Part shown: positions 9,187-17,568 of the stretch, in pieces
How the letters are laid out: the number at the start of each line of letters is the position of its first letter
Numbering within the stretch: position 1 is the stretch's first letter
Assembly: GCA_964480775.1 (NCBI GenBank)
Contig: CAYZRF010000024.1
Coordinates: forward strand, 1-25,170
Reading direction: 5' to 3'
From: an uncultured Nitrososphaerota archaeon
GTDB taxonomy: Archaea > Korarchaeota > Korarchaeia > Korarchaeales > Korarchaeaceae
Length of the DNA stretch: 25,170 nt
Position numbers and translations under genes: made by a program
The notes under the pieces: generated by a model
Seen by the model: only the letters and a program-made list of their open reading frames with translations
Databases searched by the model: none
What the model was told of the DNA's origin: nothing

Positions 9187-9804
9187 CTATACTAAAACCC
9201 GAAGAGGAACGATCTTTAGCAGATCTTCATATTCTAGAACATCAGAGGGTGAGATCTTCCCAGTTTCTATATCTATATCTACACCCTCTCTTAAGAGGAG
9301 ATTGCCCTTTATTAGCTGACCGTATGAATAGCCACCTAATGTCAGGTCGCTTTTAATCACTCGATGGCAAGGGATTATCAATGGAAAGGGATTCGAGGCT
9401 ATATAGCCCCCTACCGCTCGAGGATGCATTTTAAGTAGGGTTCCAAGGGCTCGGTACGTAGTTACTTTACCCCTCGGGATATTTCTAATGGCTTTCAGGA
9501 GTAAGCCCTTTCTACCAGAAACAGGATACAGCCTTACAATATCACTTGTCATGGGGAATTTACCCTCAAAGAGATCAACTATAATGTGCGAGATTTCAAG
9601 ATCTCCTTGTTCTACATCGTAGTCAAGACGTAGAACGACTCTTCCTCTACTCTTCAAACAAGTTTCATGAAGATCAGCAAGTGCAAACCTCCTAGTTTTA
9701 AGCGGTATGGTATTACAAAGCAAGGACTCTCCGATATACGCGAGACCTACATGATAATTGTCGACTTCAACTATTGTTGCCCTAGCAATAACGTCTCCTT
9801 TCAA
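9187..9804 (-). CDS. ogt: Methylated-DNA--protein-cysteine methyltransferase (Ogt/MGMT)
   Basis: C-terminal domain IPRGKVTTYRALG...HPRAVGGYIASNPFPLIIPCHRVIKSDLTLGGY with the PCHRV active site. The maximal ORF runs to ATG 9882 but would overlap the rtcA start head-to-head. TTG at 9804-9802 has GAGGAAGG upstream and matches where MGMT N-domains begin. The start is uncertain. Confidence 0.8.
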   Translation of the reverse strand: MKGDVIARATIVEVDNYHVGLAYIGESLLCNTIPLKTRRFALADLHETCLKSRGRVVLRLDYDVEQGDLEISHIIVDLFEGKFPMTSDIVRLYPVSGRKGLLLKAIRNIPRGKVTTYRALGTLLKMHPRAVGGYIASNPFPLIIPCHRVIKSDLTLGGYSYGQLIKGNLLLREGVDIDIETGKISPSDVLEYEDLLKIVPLRVLV

Positions 9805-9835
9805 GGTACCTTCCTCAAGGGAAACTAAGAGATCA

Positions 9836-9843
9836 TATTTAAA
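9836..9843 (+). promoter_or_regulatory. TATA-box-like element upstream of rtcA
   Basis: TATTTAAA is centred about 32 nt upstream of ATG 9872. No SD precedes that ATG, which fits a leaderless or very short-leader transcript. Confidence 0.3.
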
Positions 9844-9871
9844 GTGAATTCTCAATAAACCTTGAACGACT

Positions 9872-10921
9872 ATGAAAGCCATCGTAATAGACGGAAGCTA
9901 CGGAGAAGGAGGAGGATCGATTTTCCGCTATGCTTTGGCCTTATCCTCTGTTACTTTAAAGCCTATCGAGATCATCAAGATAAGGGCAAAGAGAAGCAAC
10001 CCGGGGTTAAGGCCACAACACTTAACAGCTGCTAAGATATTGGCTGAAATGACTGAAGCAAAATTTGAGGGATTGAGGGTAGGATCCACCAGAGTACGTT
10101 TTGAACCAAAAAAGAGGAAAGGAGGAAAATTCACATTTGATGTGGGAACTGCTGGAAGCATATCGCTGATAATACAAGCTGTTCTTCCAGTTGCATTGTT
10201 TGCAGATAGAGAATCCACCGTGGAAATTAGAGGAGGTACGGACGTGAGGTTTGCACCACCAATAGACTACATGAAGAACGTATTTATCAGAAATCTATCT
10301 CTTATAGGTGTTGAGCAGATAGAGATAATTGTGAATAGAAGGGGACACTACCCAAGAGGCGGAGGCTTGGTCACCTTGAAGGTAACGCCTGTTGATAAAA
10401 TATCAACGCTTAACATTGAACTAAGAGGACACGTCTCAAGGATCCTCGGCATAGCACATGCTGTAAAACTTCCAAAGCATGTTGTAGAGCGCATTGCGTC
10501 ATCCGCAAAAGAAGTGCTACATCATTACGGATACAAAGAAGTTGAAATAACTGAGGAGTGGTCATCCAACGGTCATATGGGACCGGGAGCTGGAATAACA
10601 TTATTCGCTGAAGCTAAAACGATCTTAGGGGCAGATTCTCTGGGAGAAAGGGGAAAACGGAGCGAGAAGGTTGGCAAAGAAGCTGCAGAAAGGCTAATCC
10701 ATGAGTTGAAGACGAAAATGGCCTTTGACGCACATATGGGAGACATGGTGGTTCCGTATCTGGCCTTGGCTGGGGGTTCGTCCCTAATAGGGGTCAGTAA
10801 ATATACCCTTCACACAGAGTCTAATCTCTGGCTGACTAAGCAGATATTGAATGCTGGTTATGAAGTAATCAAAAATGAAGATGGCTCCGCTAAAATTTCT
10901 GTTAGAGGAGTTGGAATCTGA
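9872..10921 (+). CDS. rtcA: RNA 3'-terminal phosphate cyclase
   Basis: 349 aa. N-terminus IDGSYGEGGGSIFRYALALS, PGLRPQHL, GTAGSISLIIQAVLP, GGTDVRFAPPIDY, and the C-terminal FDAHMGDMVVPYLALAGG holding the nucleotidylated His. Confidence 0.9.
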   Translation: MKAIVIDGSYGEGGGSIFRYALALSSVTLKPIEIIKIRAKRSNPGLRPQHLTAAKILAEMTEAKFEGLRVGSTRVRFEPKKRKGGKFTFDVGTAGSISLIIQAVLPVALFADRESTVEIRGGTDVRFAPPIDYMKNVFIRNLSLIGVEQIEIIVNRRGHYPRGGGLVTLKVTPVDKISTLNIELRGHVSRILGIAHAVKLPKHVVERIASSAKEVLHHYGYKEVEITEEWSSNGHMGPGAGITLFAEAKTILGADSLGERGKRSEKVGKEAAERLIHELKTKMAFDAHMGDMVVPYLALAGGSSLIGVSKYTLHTESNLWLTKQILNAGYEVIKNEDGSAKISVRGVGI

Positions 10922-10932
10922 GGGGTTTCCTG

Positions 10933-12660
10933 TTGTATAGCGAGGACGTCGAGAGAGGAATAGAGCGCCTCGCCCAGAAAACTGGGCTAAGTCCAGAGGA
11001 AATTAGGTCCAGGATGATGAAGAAGATGGAAGAGATGCAAGGTCTTCTAAAGCCGGATGGCGCACTTTACATCGTTGCAGCTGAGTTGGGAGCAGAAATA
11101 GAATCTTCTTTTGTCGAAGAAGAGGGTGAAATCACGATAGAAAAGCTCGTCCCAGGCATGCGCCACGTTCACATAAGAGGAAGGATAATCAGGATGTATG
11201 GTCCAATACTCTACAAGAGAAGGGACGGAACTAGGGGTGAAAGAGCGGAGTTCAAACTTTCAGATGGAACTGGAGTTATAGATGTTGTAATCTGGAGCGA
11301 GAGCCTCATTAACCTGATAAAAGAGGGAAAGATAAAGGAGGGGGACGTTATTGAGATAGATGGGGCAAGGACAGCCCTTCGCTTAGGAAGGCTTGCCCTG
11401 AACCTAGATTCCTCGAGAGGTACCATAAAGGTAATTGAAGGAACTTTCCCCGAATTTCCTGAACCTGAATTCGAAGTTTTTGAGGTTTCGGATTTAAGCC
11501 CCGAATTTAATGAAGTTGATGTTCGTGGAGTAGTTTCCAGGATCTTTCCTGTTAGAGAGTTCTCTAGAGAGGATGGAACTAAAGGACAAATGAGTGGTAT
11601 TATACTCAAAGACAGGAATACTGACGACGAGATAAGAGTTGTATTGTGGGGATCTCTCTCAAGCATGGTTAACGATATTAATACAGGAGATTCGCTCCTT
11701 ATCAAGGCTGCACGCGTAAGACCAAGCAGAGATGGCTGGATTGAGCTTCATTTAGATAATAGAAGCAGGATAATAGTGGAAAAAAGGTCTCAAGAAATAA
11801 CATCCGTTTCGGAAGAGTTAGTAGGAAGAATTTTGTATGCTTTCAAGCCAGTTTACTACAAGTCCAAGGACGGTTTAGTAACTCTGAGAGACTGCATAAT
11901 AGAAGTAGATGGAAAGCTAAGCCTGTGCAGATTATGGGAGCCAAGGTCAAAAGAGATAGAAGGAATAAAGTTACCAGCCCTGGTTAAACTTGAATATCCC
12001 TACATTAGAAGAGAGGGTTTTAGGGACATAATTAACGTGGGAAAGTTAGGAAAATGCGTTGTTCTTGAGGAAAATTCGGGAGAGATCCCTAAGGATATTG
12101 AAAAAATCGCAAGAAGGGTGAAATATCCAAGGGTTTGGCTAGATGAATCTGGCGAAGGCTTTAGAGAGGTTAGAGGAACTGTAATTAGAATAGATCCTTC
12201 AGCAACAATCTCTTGGTGGTGCAAGAGCTGCGGACGAAGGGTTTCTAAGGAATTTGGTAGATTTATATGCGAAACTTGTGGAGAAATAAGGGAAGCTGAG
12301 CCTGTTTTGGCGTTTTCAATTTATGTAGACGACAGCACAGGGATACTGAGGGCTACTTTCTTCAGAGAGGTTGCCGAGAAGATCATAGGAAAAAATGTTC
12401 AGGAAATAATGGAAGAGATAGAGGAAAAGGGGTATGAGGAAGACACATACATGTTAGAGGAGCTTGAATCAAGGCTACTTGGAAGGGCTGTTATACTTAG
12501 GGGAAGGATATCTTACGTTGAGGAGAGAGGCTTTTGGAGAATGGTTGTTGATGAAATGGAGTTTGCAGATCCCTTGGAAGAAGCTACTTTTCTGGAGGAC
12601 GAGTTAGAATCTAAGTACTTATCAGAAATCAAGAAAAAATTGGAAGATCATTCTCTTTAA
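10933..12660 (+). CDS. rpa: Replication protein A (multi-OB-fold ssDNA-binding protein with C4 zinc ribbon)
   Basis: 575 aa. N-terminal RPA-type helical domain (LSPEEIRSRMMKKMEEMQGLLKPDGALYIVAAELG). Repeated OB-fold blocks (I.GRI.R...R.F.R.DG..G....F.L.D.TG.I.VV.W). CxxC-x11-CxxC zinc ribbon at nt about 12220-12279 (CKSCGRRVSKEFGRFICETCG). TTG start with GAGGGG 7 nt upstream. Confidence 0.75.
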   Translation: MYSEDVERGIERLAQKTGLSPEEIRSRMMKKMEEMQGLLKPDGALYIVAAELGAEIESSFVEEEGEITIEKLVPGMRHVHIRGRIIRMYGPILYKRRDGTRGERAEFKLSDGTGVIDVVIWSESLINLIKEGKIKEGDVIEIDGARTALRLGRLALNLDSSRGTIKVIEGTFPEFPEPEFEVFEVSDLSPEFNEVDVRGVVSRIFPVREFSREDGTKGQMSGIILKDRNTDDEIRVVLWGSLSSMVNDINTGDSLLIKAARVRPSRDGWIELHLDNRSRIIVEKRSQEITSVSEELVGRILYAFKPVYYKSKDGLVTLRDCIIEVDGKLSLCRLWEPRSKEIEGIKLPALVKLEYPYIRREGFRDIINVGKLGKCVVLEENSGEIPKDIEKIARRVKYPRVWLDESGEGFREVRGTVIRIDPSATISWWCKSCGRRVSKEFGRFICETCGEIREAEPVLAFSIYVDDSTGILRATFFREVAEKIIGKNVQEIMEEIEEKGYEEDTYMLEELESRLLGRAVILRGRISYVEERGFWRMVVDEMEFADPLEEATFLEDELESKYLSEIKKKLEDHSL

Positions 12661-13949
12661 GGAATTGTTCTAGTCGGCGTTCTTGGAAAACCAATCGCAT
12701 CTTTAATATGCCTGATCCCAGCGATCCAAGCCACTGTCCTTTCAACGCCCAGTCCAAATCCGGAGTGGGGCACGGAACCGTACTTGCGTAGATCCAAGTA
12801 CCAAGTGTACCTACTGGGATCAAGACCAAATTCTCTTATCCTTTCAAGAAGTAAGTTATAATCGTGAATTCTTTGACCCCCTCCAACTATCTCTCCTTTT
12901 CCCTCTGGTGCGAGCAAGTCCGCACATAACAAGACTTCTGGCCGTTTAGGATCTGGCATGTGGTAAAATGCCCTAGCTTGTCTGGGATATCTATGAACGA
13001 AGAAGGGAGTCTCGAATTCCAACGATATCATTCTCTCCGATGGTGTGTCAAGGTCATCACCCCATTTTAGCTTAGAACCCTTCTTTTGAGCGATCTCAAG
13101 GGCTTCGTCATATGATATTCTTGGAAACATTCCCTCTGGAGGCTCAAATTTCCTCTTTAGATATTCTAACTCCTCAGACCTGCGCTCTACAACCTTCTCA
13201 GCTACATACTTTACCAATCCTTCAACAACATCCATCATATCGTCAAGGTCAGCCCAAGCCATCTCTGCTTCAGCATGCCAAAATTCCGTTAGATGACGCC
13301 ATGTCCTGGATTTCTCCGCTCTAAAGCTTGGTTGTATCGTGTAAACTTTCTCAAAAGCCGTTATAAATGCCTCCAAGTAAAGCTGGGAGCTTTGAGTGAG
13401 ATAGACTTTCTTTCCAAAATAGTTCAGCTCAAACAGCGTTGCTCCTCCCTCTACTACTTGCTCTATTATTGTTGGTGCCTCTGTTTCGATGAAGCCATTG
13501 TCGTAAAACCATTCATGCATGGATTTTATTGCCTCGGCCCTTATTTTTAGGACTGCTTGAAGTTTCCTGCTTCTGAGATAAAGGTGCCTGTGATCTAGGA
13601 GGAACTCCGGGCCCTCTTTTCCCTTGATGGGGAAATCTTCAGAGGGTCCTATAACTTCTAACTCCTCAAGTACTAACTCTACTCCTCCAGGAGCTCTTGG
13701 ATCTTGTCTAACAATTCCTTTGGCCCTTAGAGAAGATTCTATCCCTGCCCTCTTCGCAGCTTGAAGGGTTGCCTCGCTGCACTCTCCTTCCTTTGCGACC
13801 ATTTGAAGGATGCCTGTAGAATCTCTCAAGACTATAAACTGTACAGATCCGAGATCTCTTTTTCTATAAACCCATCCAGCGACCACAACTTCCTGACCCT
13901 GGAGTTCTGGGGTTATTTCCGAGATGTAGTGGGTCTTCCCGAACTTCAA
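12657..13949 (-). CDS. asnS: Asparaginyl-tRNA synthetase
   Basis: 430 aa class IIb aaRS. VAGWVYRKRDLGSVQFIVLRDSTG (OB anticodon domain), FRAEKSRTWRHLTEFWHAEAEMAW (motif 2), YTWYLDLRKYGSVPHSGFGLGVER (motif 3, AsnRS-type PHSGFGLG) and FPRTPTR. TTG start with AGAGGG 6 nt upstream. Confidence 0.88.
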   Translation of the reverse strand: MKFGKTHYISEITPELQGQEVVVAGWVYRKRDLGSVQFIVLRDSTGILQMVAKEGECSEATLQAAKRAGIESSLRAKGIVRQDPRAPGGVELVLEELEVIGPSEDFPIKGKEGPEFLLDHRHLYLRSRKLQAVLKIRAEAIKSMHEWFYDNGFIETEAPTIIEQVVEGGATLFELNYFGKKVYLTQSSQLYLEAFITAFEKVYTIQPSFRAEKSRTWRHLTEFWHAEAEMAWADLDDMMDVVEGLVKYVAEKVVERRSEELEYLKRKFEPPEGMFPRISYDEALEIAQKKGSKLKWGDDLDTPSERMISLEFETPFFVHRYPRQARAFYHMPDPKRPEVLLCADLLAPEGKGEIVGGGQRIHDYNLLLERIREFGLDPSRYTWYLDLRKYGSVPHSGFGLGVERTVAWIAGIRHIKDAIGFPRTPTRTIP

Positions 13950-14055
13950 GTCAATCCCTCTTTAATTCATTTATGACTTCGAACTCTAATGGACATCAAG
14001 TAGGGATTTAATTTTTCAGTAAAAATTTACATCCTTGATTTGGGAGGACCACAAA

Positions 14056-15417
14056 ATGCAGAATTTCAGAGACGTTCTTGAAATCCTAGAACAAAAAGGA
14101 CTGCTGTTGAACATAAAAGAGCCTAGATCCGTAATATACGAGATAGCTCGGGAATTAAAAGAAGAGGATGGTAATAAAGCAGTTCTCTTTGAGAAACCTT
14201 TGTTAAGCGATGGGCGTCAGAGCCCTATAAGAGTTTCTGGAGGAGTTTGTAGCAACATTAGGTTTATTCTGGAGGTTTTAGAGGTAAATACGCGTAAAGA
14301 ACTGAGGGAACTACTCAGAAAAGCCATAAACAAACCAATCCTACCAGTAGAAACAGAAATCGCTCCAGTTAAGGAGATTGGTATGGAAGAGTTCGATTTG
14401 AGAAAGGACATACCCATATTGAAGCACTATTCGGGAGAACCGGGTCCATACATTACCACTGGCATAGTAATAGTCAAGGATGAGAAGGGAAAGTTCTCGG
14501 CATCTTATCACAGAATGACCCCTATATCAAAGGATAGGTTGGTTTTAAGGGCAGTTGAAGGGAGAAAGCTTCATAGGCTTATAACTAAAGCGGATCGCGA
14601 AGGAAAGGAGCTTGATGTGGCAGTAGCCATCGGTGTTGGTATGAATTTACTCATAGCTGGTGCTATACCAGCAGAAGACAGGGATAAACTTGGCATTGCA
14701 GGCGCGATCTCAGGAAGCCCTGTTGAACTTACTGACTGCGAGACAGTAGAAGCTAAGATGCCAGCAAATGCGGAGATAGTCTTTGAAGGTAAAATACTTC
14801 CTAGAATCAGGGAACAGGAGGGACCATTCTACGAGATTCTTGGAAAGGACATAGTGCGTAAACAGCCAGTTCTAGAAATTTCAAAGATTTGGATGAGAAG
14901 GGATGCAATATATCAGGCTCTTCTTCCTGCTGGAAAGGAACATGAGATACTCATGGGGCTTCCTGTTGAAGCTCTGCTAGAGGAATCTGTATCAAAAGTG
15001 GCCGAGGTCAGAAACCTGTGCATGACCCCCGCCGGAGGCATGTGGGTTGAGGTGGCTATCAGCATCAAGAAGGAAAGGGATGGGCAACCGATGCTCGTTG
15101 CACTAAACGCGATAGTTGCTCACAAAAGCTTGAAAAGGGTAATAATTGTGGACGAGGATGTGGATGTGGAGAACTATGAGGAATTAATGAAAGCCGTGAT
15201 TCAAAGGGCAGATCCATCTAAAGACTACAAGGTGATAGCTGATATCTTAGGATCAAGCCTGGATCACAGCAACATAAGATTTTTAGAGGTCAAAGGGGAG
15301 AGGTTACCCATCAATTTTCCACAATCGAAAATTATAATAGACGCTACCATTAAAGGACCGAAAGAACTATTCGAAAGGCCGGAGATACCGCAATCCGGAC
15401 GAAAATCGGAGGAGTGA
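14056..15417 (+). CDS. UbiD-family (prenyl-FMN-dependent) decarboxylase
   Basis: The ORF opens at TTG 14035, but ATG 14056 has GGGAGG 7 nt upstream. The N-terminus FRDVLEILEQKGLLLNIKEP, YITTGIVIVKD, SYHRM, GPFYEILG and the overall length of about 450 aa fit the UbiD family. Confidence 0.8.
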   Translation: MQNFRDVLEILEQKGLLLNIKEPRSVIYEIARELKEEDGNKAVLFEKPLLSDGRQSPIRVSGGVCSNIRFILEVLEVNTRKELRELLRKAINKPILPVETEIAPVKEIGMEEFDLRKDIPILKHYSGEPGPYITTGIVIVKDEKGKFSASYHRMTPISKDRLVLRAVEGRKLHRLITKADREGKELDVAVAIGVGMNLLIAGAIPAEDRDKLGIAGAISGSPVELTDCETVEAKMPANAEIVFEGKILPRIREQEGPFYEILGKDIVRKQPVLEISKIWMRRDAIYQALLPAGKEHEILMGLPVEALLEESVSKVAEVRNLCMTPAGGMWVEVAISIKKERDGQPMLVALNAIVAHKSLKRVIIVDEDVDVENYEELMKAVIQRADPSKDYKVIADILGSSLDHSNIRFLEVKGERLPINFPQSKIIIDATIKGPKELFERPEIPQSGRKSEE

Positions 15418-15419
15418 AA

Positions 15420-16538
15420 GTGACTAAGAAAGTTGTAACTGGCATGCTGAAGACAAATGTTCACGATCACTGGCTCTACAAAGTCAGGATGCAAGAGCTG
15501 GAAAACTTGCTTTTAGCCTTGGGTTACAGCCCAGTTTATAGGGTGATTCAGACAAGAAAAACGCCAACTACTGCACATCTCTTCGGACTTGGGAAAGTTG
15601 ATGAGATAAAGAGAAAGCTTGAAGCGTATGACGCAGACCTCTTCGCCGTTTACAACATCCTAACGAGCAAACAAAAGTGGAACCTTGAGAGAACTCTAGA
15701 TGTAGAGGTCTTAGATAGGTACGAGATCACGCTAAAAATATTCGAGCAAGAGGCAAAAGACGTACTTTCAAACCTTCAGGTAAAACTCGCAATACTCCAG
15801 AAATCGTTTCCTTACATTAAGTACAGGGCATCAGTTAGGTACAAGAGGATGAGAGCAGGCTTCAGGGGGGGAGGAGAATACGCATATCATAAAGTCCTGA
15901 GAGCCGTTCAAAAGAGGATAAAGAAGACCAAAACCAAGATAGAAAGGCTCATGGAGCTAAAAGAGGAGAGAATCTTGAGGAGAAAAGAAGAAGGAAGTAT
16001 TGTCGTTCTCTCTGGCTACTACAACGCAGGAAAAACGTCCTTGTTCAATGCCTTGACTGGTTTGGACAAACCGGTAAGTGATGCCCCATTTACGACGCTA
16101 TCTAGCAAGTACTCTTCCATAATGGAAGGAAGAGTCTTTTTAGTCGACACGATAGGGTTTGTGTTGGACTTAGATCCAAGGTTGTTCCACTCCTTTAAGC
16201 TCAACCTGCTAGATCTGAAATATGCGGATGCTGTTATACTAGTTTTAGATGTTTCAGAAAAGGTAGAGCTGATAACATTGAAACTTAAGGAAGGTCTCTC
16301 TCTTATAAGAAGCCTCAGGGGAGAGACAGACTCTATTTTTCTAGCACTCAATAAAATTGATAAACTAAGCGAAGAGGAGTTATCCAGCAGAATTGAGAGC
16401 CTGGAAGATGATTTGGGAGATATACCATATTCTAAGGTCTCTGCCCTGACAGGAGAGGGCTTGGACGATCTTCTTAAGAAACTAGATAAGTTTCTGACTG
16501 CTACAAAAAGCAGAGCGCTTGTCTTTGAGGAATTATAA
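15420..16538 (+). CDS. hflX: GTPase HflX
   Basis: HflX N-domain (GLGKVDEIK, LTSKQKWNLERTLDVEVLDRYEITLKIFEQEAKD..LQVKLAILQ). G domain G1 LSGYYNAGKTSLFNALTG, G3 DTIGF, G4 NKID. The ORF opens at GTG 15414 (GTGA overlap with the UbiD stop). GTG 15420 lies 7 nt after GGAGG and is the more likely start. Confidence 0.85.
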   Translation: MTKKVVTGMLKTNVHDHWLYKVRMQELENLLLALGYSPVYRVIQTRKTPTTAHLFGLGKVDEIKRKLEAYDADLFAVYNILTSKQKWNLERTLDVEVLDRYEITLKIFEQEAKDVLSNLQVKLAILQKSFPYIKYRASVRYKRMRAGFRGGGEYAYHKVLRAVQKRIKKTKTKIERLMELKEERILRRKEEGSIVVLSGYYNAGKTSLFNALTGLDKPVSDAPFTTLSSKYSSIMEGRVFLVDTIGFVLDLDPRLFHSFKLNLLDLKYADAVILVLDVSEKVELITLKLKEGLSLIRSLRGETDSIFLALNKIDKLSEEELSSRIESLEDDLGDIPYSKVSALTGEGLDDLLKKLDKFLTATKSRALVFEEL

Positions 16539-16836
16539 TGCCTGTTTGTGGCCAGAAATTTAAACTCCTGTTCATTTCCTATCGAATAAAAAGGTAAGGG
16601 CAAATATTGAAAGAAAACATCAATTCAGGGTGTTGTAGGCATAGAGCTTTATGAATCCGCCGGTCCTACGCTTCTAGGATTGGGTTCCAAAATTAGATAA
16701 TTTTTTAACCTTTCAATTTTCGGAACAGGCACAGCAAAAAATATAGGTTCGTATCAAAAATGAAACTCACAATCTGCGAAGGAGTAAGGATGGTTTGCCT
16801 AAGCTTCCGTTTTGTTCAGGAGAAAAGGTGACCGAA

Positions 16837-17469
16837 ATGGAGAATAAGAGCATGTTTACCGCTCAAGTAGCGGTTTTCGGCGCGATGGCAGGTATGTTGT
16901 CCCTAATAAAGGCTGAAATTCCCTTTCCTCTCCTTCCCTACCTGAAATTTGACCTGGCCGAGATACCCGACATTCTAGCCTTCATGATCATGGGACCCGT
17001 TGGAGGAATGGTCACTTCCACGATTCACTGGCTAATCCTGACCTTCAGGGCCGGCTTTATTCTTGGACCTTTTTTGAAGTACGCTGCGGTAGCCTCGACA
17101 ATTCTAGGTTTCTGGGCTGGCATAGCCCTCAGGCGCAGGCTACCAGGAAACCCTTCGCTAAAATCATTCATGGCTTTGGGTATGCTTTTTGGGGGAGTTC
17201 TGAGGATAATAGCCATGTCCATTGCTAATTTTCTCGTTCTTTACGTTTTCTTCCCCGAGTGGATGTCCTTCGCAAAGAGCTGCCTTCAGACCATAGGACT
17301 AGATGCGTCAAGCGATTTCTCTGCACTACTCTGGACTTTACTGTTAACAGCCGTATTCAACGCAATTCACATATTCGTCTCGGTGATTCCTTCCTACACT
17401 CTGATCAAAACGATATTGAGGCTCAAGACTACTTTAGGCAAGGCTTGGATAGACGAGATCATGGAATGA
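16837..17469 (+). CDS. Polytopic membrane protein, ECF-transporter S-component-like
   Basis: About 210 aa with 5-6 hydrophobic helices. The KFDLAEIPDILAFMIMGPVGG segment resembles the substrate-capture S components (RibU-like) of ECF transporters. ATG 16837 has AGGTGA 6 nt upstream, and the TTG at 16795 is unlikely. No EcfA/EcfT genes are nearby. Confidence 0.45.
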   Translation: MENKSMFTAQVAVFGAMAGMLSLIKAEIPFPLLPYLKFDLAEIPDILAFMIMGPVGGMVTSTIHWLILTFRAGFILGPFLKYAAVASTILGFWAGIALRRRLPGNPSLKSFMALGMLFGGVLRIIAMSIANFLVLYVFFPEWMSFAKSCLQTIGLDASSDFSALLWTLLLTAVFNAIHIFVSVIPSYTLIKTILRLKTTLGKAWIDEIME

Positions 17470-17568
17470 AACAAAAGGAATTATCTAAGCAAAACACACA
17501 GGATCTAATTATTAAACAGCTAAAGGAATACAAATACCTCAACAATAATTCAATTCGCCAAATCAACT

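Noticed and set aside
11211-11705. 164-aa minus-strand ORF inside rpa, plus other shadow ORFs at 756-1046, 2232-2489, 2945-3208, 3710-3946, 7051-7329, 9928-10218, 10410-10601, 12000-12224, 20107-20331 and 20581-20835
   Set aside because: All are antisense to well-supported genes. All have low-complexity S/L/P/T-rich products and no initiation signals.
16019-16603. 194-aa minus-strand ORF overlapping the hflX 3' half and extending 65 nt past its stop
   Set aside because: It has a TTG start only, a Ser/Leu-rich composition and no recognisable motif. The opposite strand encodes canonical HflX G-domain motifs, so this is an antisense artefact.
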